From contig JAHPZA010000006.1 of the NCBI GenBank assembly GCA_019058445.1, positions 448,001-512,000 of the forward strand: a stretch of DNA of 64,000 bases, in the 5' to 3' direction. The notes below the pieces were generated by a model. It had not been told where the DNA came from. It searched no databases and worked only from the letters and a program-made list of their open reading frames with translations. Positions within the stretch are counted from its first letter, which is position 1. Each line of letters starts with the position of its first letter. Below are positions 53,646-62,920 of this stretch, one piece after another. Origin of the DNA: Promethearchaeota archaeon. Lineage in GTDB: Archaea > Asgardarchaeota > Lokiarchaeia > Sigyniarchaeales > SOKP01. The translations under genes were made by a program, and so were the position numbers.

Positions 53646-54827
53646 GTGATAAAGATTACAAATCAAACTGATTTTACTACAAAATATATAATTGAAGCAA
53701 AATTTGCCATAAAAGGTGTAGTTGAGAAGTCAGATATTGTGGGGGCGATTTTTGGACAAACAGAAGGGCTTCTTTTGGATCTTGATTTAAGAGATCTTCA
53801 AAAATCCGGTCGAATTGGAAGGATAGAAGTTGAAAATGAATCAAAAGAAGGAATCTCTGGGGGTGTCATTAAGATTCCCTCCTCTTTAACGAGGAAAGAA
53901 ACCGCGTTATTAGCTGCTACGATTGAAACTGTTTCTCGAGTAGGACCTTGTGAAGCGGAAATCAAATTAATTGAAATAAGCGATGTAAGGGAAACTAAAA
54001 GAAAGCAAATAATTTCTCGAGCTGCAGAATTATTAAAAGAATGGGATACAAAATCATTAGAATCAAGTGAAATAGAAGAAAAGATCGATACAGACATTAA
54101 AATTGGAGAAATAATTACTTGGGGACCAGACAATCTTCCTGCGGGTCCTGAAATAGATGAGAGCAAGGATCTTATTATTGTAGAAGGACGGGCTGATGTG
54201 TTAAATTTATTAAGAATTGGTATTAAAAATACAGTAGCAGTTCAAGGAACTCAGGTGCCAAAATCAATAATCAATTTAATTGAAAAAAAAGCTAGTGTAA
54301 CAGCTTTTTTAGACGGTGACAGAGGTGGAACCATAATTTTAAATGAATTACTTCAAGTTGCAAAACTAGATTACATAGCCCGAGCTCCTGAAGGGTATGA
54401 AGTAGAAGAACTGACACGAAAACAAATGATAAAAGCATTACAAAACAAAAAATCTGTAGCAGAATTGAAAGATTCAGACAAGTCTATAGAAGCAAAAGAA
54501 ATTGAGTCAAAGGTAAAAATGCTAAACAAAATGCTAAAAAAATTTAAAGTTAAAGATACAACTAAAATTGTGGAGGCAATAAATACCATACAAAGTGGTC
54601 AGAGTATAGGCTTTGATAAAAAACTTAATAAAACTTTTGAAATGCCAGTTGGAGAATTATTCGAAAAAATTCGCGATCATAAAGACACCAAATTTTTAGT
54701 TATTGATGGAATTCTTACTAATCGTTTGCTTTCCATTTCAATTAATATGAAAATTCAATTTATTTCCTGTAAAAACAAGGAAGAAAATTTAAAGATACCT
54801 GACCAAATCACAGTTTATTTCTTTTAA
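53646..54827 (+). CDS. dnaG: Archaeal DnaG (TOPRIM, exosome-associated)
   Basis: GVVEKSDIVGAIFGQTEG, VEGRADV, DGDRGG. Confidence 0.95.
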   Translation: MIKITNQTDFTTKYIIEAKFAIKGVVEKSDIVGAIFGQTEGLLLDLDLRDLQKSGRIGRIEVENESKEGISGGVIKIPSSLTRKETALLAATIETVSRVGPCEAEIKLIEISDVRETKRKQIISRAAELLKEWDTKSLESSEIEEKIDTDIKIGEIITWGPDNLPAGPEIDESKDLIIVEGRADVLNLLRIGIKNTVAVQGTQVPKSIINLIEKKASVTAFLDGDRGGTIILNELLQVAKLDYIARAPEGYEVEELTRKQMIKALQNKKSVAELKDSDKSIEAKEIESKVKMLNKMLKKFKVKDTTKIVEAINTIQSGQSIGFDKKLNKTFEMPVGELFEKIRDHKDTKFLVIDGILTNRLLSISINMKIQFISCKNKEENLKIPDQITVYFF

Positions 54828-54842
54828 AAACTGGTATTTTTA

Positions 54843-55262
54843 TTAATTTCTTTTAACTTCAATATTTAAAGAAATTCCATGATTTAACACATGTGTTATT
54901 GGGCAGTATTCTTGAATACTCTGATAACATAAATCAAATTTCTCATTTGGTATGTCTTCTTTTAAATCTATTAAGATTTCGATGTTAATTTGGACTAATC
55001 TTAACCTATCATTAGGATTAATATGTTGAATTTTCCCATTGACAATTATTTTAAGCTTTTCAAATAAAATTTTGTGTTTTTGTAAACAATAAACGAATGT
55101 ATTTCCAATACAACTGCCAGTTCCAATTAAAAAATATTCAATAGGGCTTGGAGCCAAATTAGTACCATAGAAAGATGATGGCTCATCTATATGAATTTCA
55201 GTGAAATGTCGGGCAGATGCGATAAAATGCATTTTTTCTGAATAATTTAAAGTAACTTTCAT
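54843..55262 (-). CDS. OsmC/Ohr family protein
   Basis: APSPIEYFLIGTGSC...YCPI. Confidence 0.85.
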   Translation of the reverse strand: MKVTLNYSEKMHFIASARHFTEIHIDEPSSFYGTNLAPSPIEYFLIGTGSCIGNTFVYCLQKHKILFEKLKIIVNGKIQHINPNDRLRLVQINIEILIDLKEDIPNEKFDLCYQSIQEYCPITHVLNHGISLNIEVKRN

Positions 55263-55323
55263 AATATTTCCTCTAATTATGAAAATTTAGAATAAGAGAA
55301 TATTTTATTTTAAAAGAATAAAA

Positions 55324-55569
55324 CTATTGTCCTAGTGGAAGTGCAACGGAGAAAATCAATTGAATTATATATGAAAGAACACCTAAAACTACCAAACCAA
55401 TCCCACATATTTTAAATACTAGCCAATACTCTTTTCGGTCGGGTTTATTTGCTATTTTTAATATACGCTTGGAATTTTTAAGAAAAGCCATAAGGCGCAC
55501 ATATATGCTTTCCTTTTTTTTCTGTTGGTATTTAGAGTACTTCTCGTATTTTGGATATTTAGTTGACAT
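55324..55569 (-). CDS. secE: Protein translocase SecE/Sec61-gamma
   Basis: RILKIANKPDRKEY plus one TM helix; follows ftsY. Confidence 0.9.
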   Translation of the reverse strand: MSTKYPKYEKYSKYQQKKKESIYVRLMAFLKNSKRILKIANKPDRKEYWLVFKICGIGLVVLGVLSYIIQLIFSVALPLGQ

Positions 55570-55644
55570 GCTAATCTCTTAAATTCATGTTCTTTAAAAA
55601 ATTTAACTATAAAACAGAACTAACAATGGATTTAAAGTCTGGAA

Positions 55645-56556
55645 TTAATCTATGTCTAAAATGTTTGAAATGAATTGATCACGATCAAAAGGTAGCAAAT
55701 CATCGTAATCTTGTCCTACTCCGATAAATATGATAGGTTTACTTGTTTCATGCGAAATTGATAGAGCTGCCCCTCCTTTCGCATCAGCATCAAGCTTTGT
55801 CAAAATATTTGCATCTATTCCGACATGTTTTTTAAATTCTTTTGCTTGAAATAATGCGTCATTTCCAGCAAGACTATCACCAACGAACATTATTAAATCT
55901 GGCTGAGCAACCCTTACTATTTTTTGCATCTCAATCATTAGATTTTTGTCAGTTACTTGTCTGCCAGCGGTATCTATTAGAACAACATTAATGCCTTTTG
56001 CTTTGGCATGTTCTATAGCATCGAAGCATACACTGGCAGGATCAGATTTATATTCATGTTTGATAACTCTAATATTAACATTACTCATATGATATGATAA
56101 TTGTTCAATTGCACCTGCTCTAAATGTATCAGCCGCTGCTGCGACAGAAGTAATTTTATTTTTGTTTAAATAGTGAGCTATTTTTGCCATTGTAGTAGTT
56201 TTGCCTGTTCCATTTACTCCCAAAAAAACAATGACATAAGGTGAATTCTCTGCATTTTTCTTTTTAATCTCTGTTAGTAAATTAATCTCTTTATCTGGTG
56301 TTAATATATCAGTAATAATTTCTTCTAGCGTATCAAATAATATATTTTTAGTTGATGATAATCTCCCTATTTGTTCTCCTTTAAATGAATTAATTAAATT
56401 TTGACAAATCTCATCTGCTGTATCCATCGCTACATCATTACTTAAAAGAAGAAGCTTTAAATCTTGGATAGAATCCTCTAATTTCTTCTCAGTTAATGTT
56501 TTATTGATAAAATTAGAGAAAGCAGATTTTAGCTTATCTAACATTTGTTTATTCAC
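55645..56556 (-). CDS. ftsY: SRP receptor FtsY
   Basis: GVNGTGKTTT, DTFRAGA, DTAGR, TKLDADAKGG. Confidence 0.96.
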   Translation of the reverse strand: MNKQMLDKLKSAFSNFINKTLTEKKLEDSIQDLKLLLLSNDVAMDTADEICQNLINSFKGEQIGRLSSTKNILFDTLEEIITDILTPDKEINLLTEIKKKNAENSPYVIVFLGVNGTGKTTTMAKIAHYLNKNKITSVAAAADTFRAGAIEQLSYHMSNVNIRVIKHEYKSDPASVCFDAIEHAKAKGINVVLIDTAGRQVTDKNLMIEMQKIVRVAQPDLIMFVGDSLAGNDALFQAKEFKKHVGIDANILTKLDADAKGGAALSISHETSKPIIFIGVGQDYDDLLPFDRDQFISNILDID

Positions 56557-56613
56557 AGAAAGCGAAATAATTTAATATTGAATTTATAAAATTGGACCAT
56601 TATATAGAAGGTT

Positions 56614-57027
56614 TTATTGTGTTGGCATATTTCTTTGAAATTGTTGTGACATCGATTGAAGATTAACATCTAAGTTTTGGATTTGGGTTCTTAAGAAATT
56701 AATTTGTTCATTGTGTTGGGTGATAATTTTATCAAGAAATTCCATAGAACTGTCTAAATCTTTTTCAATTGCTGTATCCTGGTTTATATATAAGATTATT
56801 TTTTGAGGATCTTTTATCCTTGCTTTTACATTAGCTAAACCTCCAATAGGAACTAAGATTTCCTCGTTTTCTTCAACAGTTTTTAAATTCTCTAATGTAT
56901 TTTTAGTATTCATAATATTTCCTAAAGATGCATTTAAAAGATCCAATTGACCTACGAACATATCGCGTTGGTCTTTTAAATATTTAAATCTATATACTAA
57001 TTCTTGTGCATTTTGATTAGTTTCCAT
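56614..57027 (-). CDS. pfdA: Prefoldin alpha subunit
   Basis: Coiled coils flanking EILVPIGG hairpin; conserved operon position. Confidence 0.9.
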   Translation of the reverse strand: METNQNAQELVYRFKYLKDQRDMFVGQLDLLNASLGNIMNTKNTLENLKTVEENEEILVPIGGLANVKARIKDPQKIILYINQDTAIEKDLDSSMEFLDKIITQHNEQINFLRTQIQNLDVNLQSMSQQFQRNMPTQ

Positions 57028-57052
57028 AATTCTTTTCCTACATATGTTTATT

Positions 57053-57283
57053 TTATAGAGATAAATCTCTTATTAGATAATCTTGACATTCCTCACTAGA
57101 AATTTCTTTAATTTCTTGGATTTTTATTTGTCGCCTAAGAAGTCCGATGCTAGTGATCTGAGATAATGCTTTTTCTAATGCATCTTCTTGTTTTAATGCA
57201 CGAATTTCTTTTCGAAATAAATATTTCTTATGGTTTTTCATGTATGTACCTTGAATCCGAAATATTTTAATCTCCGATGACAT
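57053..57283 (-). CDS. rplX: 50S ribosomal protein LX (L18ae/eL20)
   Basis: KIFRIQG...FRKEIRA...RRQIKI; operon position. Confidence 0.88.
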   Translation of the reverse strand: MSSEIKIFRIQGTYMKNHKKYLFRKEIRALKQEDALEKALSQITSIGLLRRQIKIQEIKEISSEECQDYLIRDLSL

Positions 57284-57435
57284 TTTTTTTCAAATCAAGT
57301 AATTCTAAGGTTATAAAAATAGTAATTGTTCAACTAAATTTTGCATTTTAAATTAATTTTTCCATTTTATTTTAACAAAAAGTAGAGTTTTAACCTTTCA
57401 TTAAACTAGTATCGATTTTAGTGTGTATTTGAAAA

Positions 57436-58107
57436 TCATAACCTCAAAACATTGGTGAGCCTCATCATTTCTGGTCCTGTACTTGCTTCTCCAAAAACTC
57501 CACTAGTATCATTCACAATTGCTCCAGCACTTAAATAAGGAATACCTCGATTAATGGTGGATACATCGGTCTCATCAACATTTAAAATTGATGTAATTTG
57601 CTCAATTTCATCCTCAGTAGTAAGAGGGTGTACCACACATCCATTATTATTTGCTAGTGCAATAGAACCTGGAAGATAGGAATCAGCAAATTCATATACT
57701 GAAACCTCAACATTTAAAATGTCCTCTATCTTTTTTAATTCGTTTTTTAACAGTGAGCTTATAATCGCTCCTTTATCATTGCAAAGAATTAAATTTCCAA
57801 AAGCATTGTCAATTGATTTAAGAACACCTACTCTTACTGGATCACCTAAATATGTCTTTAATTTATCTAACTCCTCATCTTTCATTATACTAGGGACAAT
57901 AATTCCATATTTATTCGATGCGGTGTAAACTCCTATGAGATTTGAATTATTTATCGTTATGGGATATAAAGGTTCATTAAACACTGATTTTAGTTTGTTT
58001 AGTAAAGGTTTGAGAATTAATCTTGGATATAAAATAAAGGAATTATTTGCAGCTAAGTAAATCCCTATTAAACTTCCACCAAAAATTTGAGATTTTAAAA
58101 TAGTCAA
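57436..58107 (-). CDS. eif6: Translation initiation factor 6 (aIF6)
   Basis: GNLILCNDKGA, NNNGCVVHP, STINRG, TGPE. Confidence 0.95.
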   Translation of the reverse strand: MTILKSQIFGGSLIGIYLAANNSFILYPRLILKPLLNKLKSVFNEPLYPITINNSNLIGVYTASNKYGIIVPSIMKDEELDKLKTYLGDPVRVGVLKSIDNAFGNLILCNDKGAIISSLLKNELKKIEDILNVEVSVYEFADSYLPGSIALANNNGCVVHPLTTEDEIEQITSILNVDETDVSTINRGIPYLSAGAIVNDTSGVFGEASTGPEMMRLTNVLRL

Positions 58108-58176
58108 TGATTAAAATTTCACCAAAAGTGCCTTTAAAGTTTGAAATTGTCCTCCAAAAAACATTAAAATAAATAA

Positions 58177-58653
58177 TTATGCTAAATAGATAACTACTAA
58201 GCCGTCAATGTTTTTAGTAGCTCTTACTTTTAATTTTCTTGGAGGTTTTTTGATCCCCTTCTCCCAGATTTTTTCATTTACTTCTTGGGAAATGATTAAA
58301 GATTCAGGTTTAAAGTGGCGCTCCATATATTCTCTGAGAAATCTAATCGACTTTTTAGCCCATTTATTTCGAGGCCCTTTTCTTGCTTTTCCTAAAGGAA
58401 TAATATAAATACGCTCATCAATAATTTCCTCTGTAGGAGCTTCTTCGACTTCAGCTTCTTCAATTTCTTCAACTTCCTCTTCGAAAATTTCGCTAATTTC
58501 TTCTTCTTCAGAGATCTCATCTAAGCTAAACTCTTCGATTTCTTCAATCTCTTCTTCAACTTGCTCTTCTACTTCACTTTCTTGTTCTTCGACTCCTTCT
58601 AACTCCGATTCTAAATCGTCTAAACTAATTTCTTTACTTTTTTTTTTTGCCAT
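58177..58653 (-). CDS. rpl31e: 50S ribosomal protein L31e with acidic N-terminal extension
   Basis: ERIYIIPL...VNEKIWEKGIKKPPRKLKVR; about 75-aa Glu-rich N-terminus. Confidence 0.92.
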   Translation of the reverse strand: MAKKKSKEISLDDLESELEGVEEQESEVEEQVEEEIEEIEEFSLDEISEEEEISEIFEEEVEEIEEAEVEEAPTEEIIDERIYIIPLGKARKGPRNKWAKKSIRFLREYMERHFKPESLIISQEVNEKIWEKGIKKPPRKLKVRATKNIDGLVVIYLA

Positions 58654-58689
58654 TAACTATCAATTCAGTATAATTTTTATAAATAGATA

Positions 58690-58851
58690 TTAATCTCTTT
58701 TTAAACGCCTGTTCCTCCATTCTCGTCGAGTATAAGGGCTTTCTCTCACCTTTCCCCCGGTTCTCAAGATAATCCAGCTTGGAATTGATTTACTTTGGTT
58801 GAACTTTTTAGCCCTTCTTAATTTTGAAGGAAGATCTTTATTTCTAGCCAT
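58690..58851 (-). CDS. rpl39e: 50S ribosomal protein L39e (below the ORF-track cutoff)
   Basis: MARNKDLPSKLRRAKKFNQSKSIPSWIILRTGGKVRESPYTRREWRNRRLKRD* (53 aa). Confidence 0.93.
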   Translation of the reverse strand: MARNKDLPSKLRRAKKFNQSKSIPSWIILRTGGKVRESPYTRREWRNRRLKRD

Positions 58852-58877
58852 ATTTTCTCATCTTTTGTATAAATACT

Positions 58878-59210
58878 TCAAAAATTTTTGATTTTAAACT
58901 CCTTTTTATTACCAGCTATTTGTTCCAACAGCTTTTTAAATGCCGCATCCGATAATTGCCCTCTTAATCGCCCTGATTGAGCTAATTGGATTAATTGTAT
59001 TTCGATTTGTTCAGCAAACTGGGGTTTAACCATTCGAATATTTTCTAATCTCTGACGACCTTCTTGCGAAAGAATCTTCCGCATTATTTGATATTTTTGA
59101 GCTTCAAATTCTTTTTGTTGTGCTTCTGCTATTCCTTGCTGTGCAGCCTGTTGTTGCAATTGTGCAAGTTTTCTTTTTCTTAACTCTTCTAATTCTTCTT
59201 CATCACTCAA
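58878..59210 (-). CDS. PDCD5-like DNA-binding protein
   Basis: ELEELRKRKLAQL...ILSQEGRQRLENIRMVKP. Confidence 0.92.
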   Translation of the reverse strand: MSDEEELEELRKRKLAQLQQQAAQQGIAEAQQKEFEAQKYQIMRKILSQEGRQRLENIRMVKPQFAEQIEIQLIQLAQSGRLRGQLSDAAFKKLLEQIAGNKKEFKIKNF

Positions 59211-59249
59211 AATTAATCACATCAGAGGTTTTTTTCAAATAATTACATT

Positions 59250-59669
59250 TTATTTTCTTAAAATTGAATACGCTGTCCGTTCCAAAAAACTTTTTCCCTC
59301 AGAAGTGAGCTTCCTCCCTTCTTTCTCAGTTTTTGTAATTAATTTAGCATTTTCTAATTGTTGTAATGCAACTCTGACAATTTTTCCACTTCCTTTTGCG
59401 CTATGATTTAATCCAGAACCTCTTCGATTTCTTCCCCCATAAAACTTCCGTAATCGATTCACACCAATCGGAGCAAACTTATTTACTTTTCTTAACAATG
59501 AAGCACATCTTATATACCAAAAATTTTCAGAATCGAGGGGTGCTAATTCTTTAAAAAATGCGGTCTTCCAAAACTCACTTCCTTGAGGAGGTTTTATTTC
59601 AGGATATTCTTTTAACTTTTCGGCCACTGTTTTAATTAAGGTTCCAGGTTCAACGACATATATCGACAT
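59250..59669 (-). CDS. rps19e: 30S ribosomal protein S19e
   Basis: WYIRCASLLRK...YGGR...GSGKIVRVALQQLE. Confidence 0.95.
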   Translation of the reverse strand: MSIYVVEPGTLIKTVAEKLKEYPEIKPPQGSEFWKTAFFKELAPLDSENFWYIRCASLLRKVNKFAPIGVNRLRKFYGGRNRRGSGLNHSAKGSGKIVRVALQQLENAKLITKTEKEGRKLTSEGKSFLERTAYSILRK

Positions 59670-59790
59670 GCTAATATCTTTAATTCAATAGTTCTTTAAT
59701 TTAATTATTATATTGAAATAATATGAAACAATACTTTTAATTTTAAAAGTAAGGATAAATTAAAAATTTTGGTATTTTACTATTCTAGAT

Positions 59791-60063
59791 ATGGTTTATC
59801 AAAAAAAATTTAAGGAAGTATTGCTATCGCAGCCTCATTGTACATTAGGGAAGCGAGGAATTACAGACGAGTTCATAACTCACGTAAATCAGTTATTAAA
59901 GAAATATAAAATTGTAAAAATTAAAGCATTAAAATCTATTGCTAATAAAAATAATATAAGGGATATTGCAAGCGAGATCTCAAATTTAACGAATTCACAT
60001 CTATTAGATGTAAGAGGAAAAATATTTATTATTTCTAAAAATCCTATTAAGAGACAAAATTAA
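59791..60063 (+). CDS. YhbY/CRM RNA-binding protein
   Basis: LGKRGIT...IVKIK...DVRGK. Confidence 0.85.
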   Translation: MVYQKKFKEVLLSQPHCTLGKRGITDEFITHVNQLLKKYKIVKIKALKSIANKNNIRDIASEISNLTNSHLLDVRGKIFIISKNPIKRQN

Positions 60064-60067
60064 AAAA

Positions 60068-60388
60068 ATGGCCCCTAAAAATATCATTAAAAGTATTGCT
60101 CAATCTCGTATGAAATTTTTACTGGAAAGGGCTCATGAAATTTTTCCCGAGAATAAAGAATTAGCAAATAGGTATGTATTTTTAGCAAGAAGATATGCTC
60201 AAAGAGCAAAAATTCAAATTCCTCCAATGTGGAAAAAAAGAATATGTCATAAATGCAAGAAATTTCTTTATCCTGGTATTAATTGTCAAATAAGAATGCA
60301 ATCTCGAAAAGGGAAAGGATCGCATGTTTCTATAACTTGTTTCGAGTGCAATAAAATAACCCGATATTATATCAAGACAAAATCTTAG
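60068..60388 (+). CDS. rnp4: RNase P protein Rpp21
   Basis: IAQSRM...RYV...KRICHKC...PG...ITCFEC. Confidence 0.92.
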   Translation: MAPKNIIKSIAQSRMKFLLERAHEIFPENKELANRYVFLARRYAQRAKIQIPPMWKKRICHKCKKFLYPGINCQIRMQSRKGKGSHVSITCFECNKITRYYIKTKS

Positions 60389-60403
60389 CAACAGTGATAA
60401 ATA

Positions 60404-61078
60404 ATGCCTCTAATATTGATTTTAGTTGATTGTGGTTTAGAGTTGATTCCAAACCAAATTAGAAATCATCCCGCTATAAAAAAGAATATAAATAATAAAT
60501 TATATTCTTCTCAACTTTTAGATAATGCGATTCATCATTCTGCGATGAAAAAACTAAAAAATTTTGAAAAGAGAGGACGACCAGATATAGCTCATTTATG
60601 CATACTTAATGCTCTAGGCTCTCCTTTAAATAAAAGTGGTAATCTTAATTTATTCATTCATACTGCGAATAATAAAATTTTTAATATTAAGCCTGAAATT
60701 AGAATGAATAGGAATTTTAATAGGTTTAAAGGATTAATGGCAAAATTGTTAATAGATGGACAAATTAAATTAAAGGCCAACTCATCTATAATCCCGTTTC
60801 ACGGCAATTTGAAAGATCTTACAAATAATTTTAGAGGGGCTGAGATCCAATTGTTTTCAAGCAAGGGCAAGTTAGTAAAAGATTATCGAAATTTATTTTC
60901 CCCTGATATATCTAAAAACTACATTGTAATTATCGGAGGTTTTCAGAAAGGTCCTTTTTCAAATGAAGTTCTAAAATTATCGAATAATATGATTTCCATA
61001 TCTAAGAATTCATTACATGCTAATATAGTAGTAAGCAGAATTATTACTTTTTACGAATTAATTCAAAAAATAATTTAA
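60404..61078 (+). CDS. nep1: 16S rRNA pseudouridine methyltransferase Nep1/Emg1
   Basis: RGRPDIAH, SPLNKSG, RFKGLM, IGGFQKG. Confidence 0.92.
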   Translation: MPLILILVDCGLELIPNQIRNHPAIKKNINNKLYSSQLLDNAIHHSAMKKLKNFEKRGRPDIAHLCILNALGSPLNKSGNLNLFIHTANNKIFNIKPEIRMNRNFNRFKGLMAKLLIDGQIKLKANSSIIPFHGNLKDLTNNFRGAEIQLFSSKGKLVKDYRNLFSPDISKNYIVIIGGFQKGPFSNEVLKLSNNMISISKNSLHANIVVSRIITFYELIQKII

Positions 61079-61133
61079 AAAAAGTTAAAAGAAATCAATG
61101 ACTTGAATAATCACTGATTTTAAAAATATAAAA

Positions 61134-61235
61134 GCGCTCTTAGTATAGTGGTTAGAATCTCGGGTTTCCAACCCGAGGACCCGGGAGAGTTCTCCAAATC
61201 GGAGTTATCCGGGACTTCAATTCCCGGAGGGCGCA
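61134..61235 (+). tRNA. tRNA-Gly(TCC) with 30-nt non-canonical intron (61186-61215) at position 53/54
   Basis: Acceptor GCGCTCT/AGGGCGC, anticodon arm TCGGG-TTTCCAA-CCCGA; T arm CCGGG|TTCAATT-CCCGG is restored on removing the intron; BHB motif. Confidence 0.93.
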
Positions 61236-61693
61236 TTTTTATATATAGTAAAATTTTTTGAAGATTCATTTTTTTAAACAATTTATTAATATTTGCAAAC
61301 AAAAAAGTATAAATAGTAATTCTTTCATATTTTTTCCAGAAAAAAACTCTCTAATAAATAAAGCTTCATCAACCATTATTGCTTTCATCCAACTTTTAGA
61401 GTTTTTTTTTCTTCACCTTATCTTTATCAATCAATAATGTGTTTGAATTTTGAAATAACTATATATTTTATAATGAAAAAGAATTAAGTTCATGAAATTT
61501 TTATAAATATGAAAAAAAGCCCGTGCATTTTGCTTTCATCCTAAAAACCAACTTTTCACACGGGCGTTTTTTCACCTAAAATTAATACTAATTACTTTTA
61601 TTGATTAAAAATAAAAAATTAGATTACCCTTAGTGATTATATTCAATAAAACACAAATTTTTTTATCAAATTTAATATAATCCTCATTAAATA

Positions 61694-62830
61694 ATGGTAA
61701 AATACGTAGAAAAAGAATTTAAAACCGCAATTAACAAGTTAAAATTTCCGGATTCGTGGTTTTGGGCACGATACACTATAAATCCTTATTCTGGCTGTGA
61801 ACACGCGTGTATTTATTGTGATGCTAGAAGCCAGCGCTATTATTTAGACGATTTTGAAAATGAAGTGATAATTAAGACTAATATCGATAAGAAACTAGAG
61901 CTTAGGATTAAACGGGCAAAGAAACTATTGCCTGATGTAGTGGGAGCAGGAGGTGTAAATGATGCATACCAATCGTGTGAAAAAAAGGTCGGTAATACCC
62001 GTAAAATATTACAAGTTTTATCGAAATATCAATATCCTGTCAATATTGCTACGAAATCAAATTTAATTATGAGAGATATTGATCTTTTTGAAAAAATCGC
62101 GAAAAAAACATGGTGCACTATAGGATTCTCTATTACTACAATTGATGAGGATATGGCCCAATTTTTAGAACCTTTCTCTTCGAGCCCTATTGAGCGATTG
62201 GAGGCGCTAAAAACTATTAAAAGTGAAGCCCCTAACGTTCAAGTAGGCACTTATTTCATGCCAATTATTCCTTTTTTGGAAGATAGTGAGGAAAATTTGA
62301 AAGAAGTAATTAAAAAGTCTAAGAATGCAGGAGCCGATTTCATCCTTTTCTCTCCAGGATTGACGCTGAGAGATGTACAAGCACAATATTTCATTAACAA
62401 ACTTAAGGATAGTAAATACAAAAATATAGTTAAACCTTTATTACATCTGTATAAGGGTCAAACTTATCCTCCCGCTGATTATGCTCGAAAAATTCACAAA
62501 ATTTTATCAAGTTATTGTGATAATTATAAAATACCTATTAGGATAAAAAGATGGATCCCCTCGGATTATCGGAAATGGAATTACAAAATTTCAGAAGTTT
62601 TATTAAATGAAGAGTATATCGACAGAGTTAACTTCGGTAAATCTAATAAAAATTTAATGTGGGCAGGTTTAAATATAAATAACTTGGAAGAATCAATTTT
62701 AGAGGTCTATAAAAGAGGAGATCTATTGAAATTAAAGAATTTTAATATGAATATCGTGAAATTCATTAAACCATTTTTAGATAGAAGTAAAAATTTAGAA
62801 CTAAAAACAGGATTGGATAAGTTTCTATGA
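61694..62830 (+). CDS. Radical SAM protein, spore-photoproduct-lyase-like family
   Basis: INPYSGCEHACIYCDAR, NDAYQ, ATKS, MPIIP. Confidence 0.88.
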   Translation: MVKYVEKEFKTAINKLKFPDSWFWARYTINPYSGCEHACIYCDARSQRYYLDDFENEVIIKTNIDKKLELRIKRAKKLLPDVVGAGGVNDAYQSCEKKVGNTRKILQVLSKYQYPVNIATKSNLIMRDIDLFEKIAKKTWCTIGFSITTIDEDMAQFLEPFSSSPIERLEALKTIKSEAPNVQVGTYFMPIIPFLEDSEENLKEVIKKSKNAGADFILFSPGLTLRDVQAQYFINKLKDSKYKNIVKPLLHLYKGQTYPPADYARKIHKILSSYCDNYKIPIRIKRWIPSDYRKWNYKISEVLLNEEYIDRVNFGKSNKNLMWAGLNINNLEESILEVYKRGDLLKLKNFNMNIVKFIKPFLDRSKNLELKTGLDKFL

Positions 62831-62920
62831 TTAGGAAAATAATAAGTGAAATTAAATCTAAATTAGAAGAAAATAAACACATTTACGTAAAGATAAGAGA
62901 ATAAAAATATTAAAATCGGA

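Noticed and set aside
61120-61302. 60-aa minus-strand ORF
   Set aside because: Antisense to tRNA-Gly
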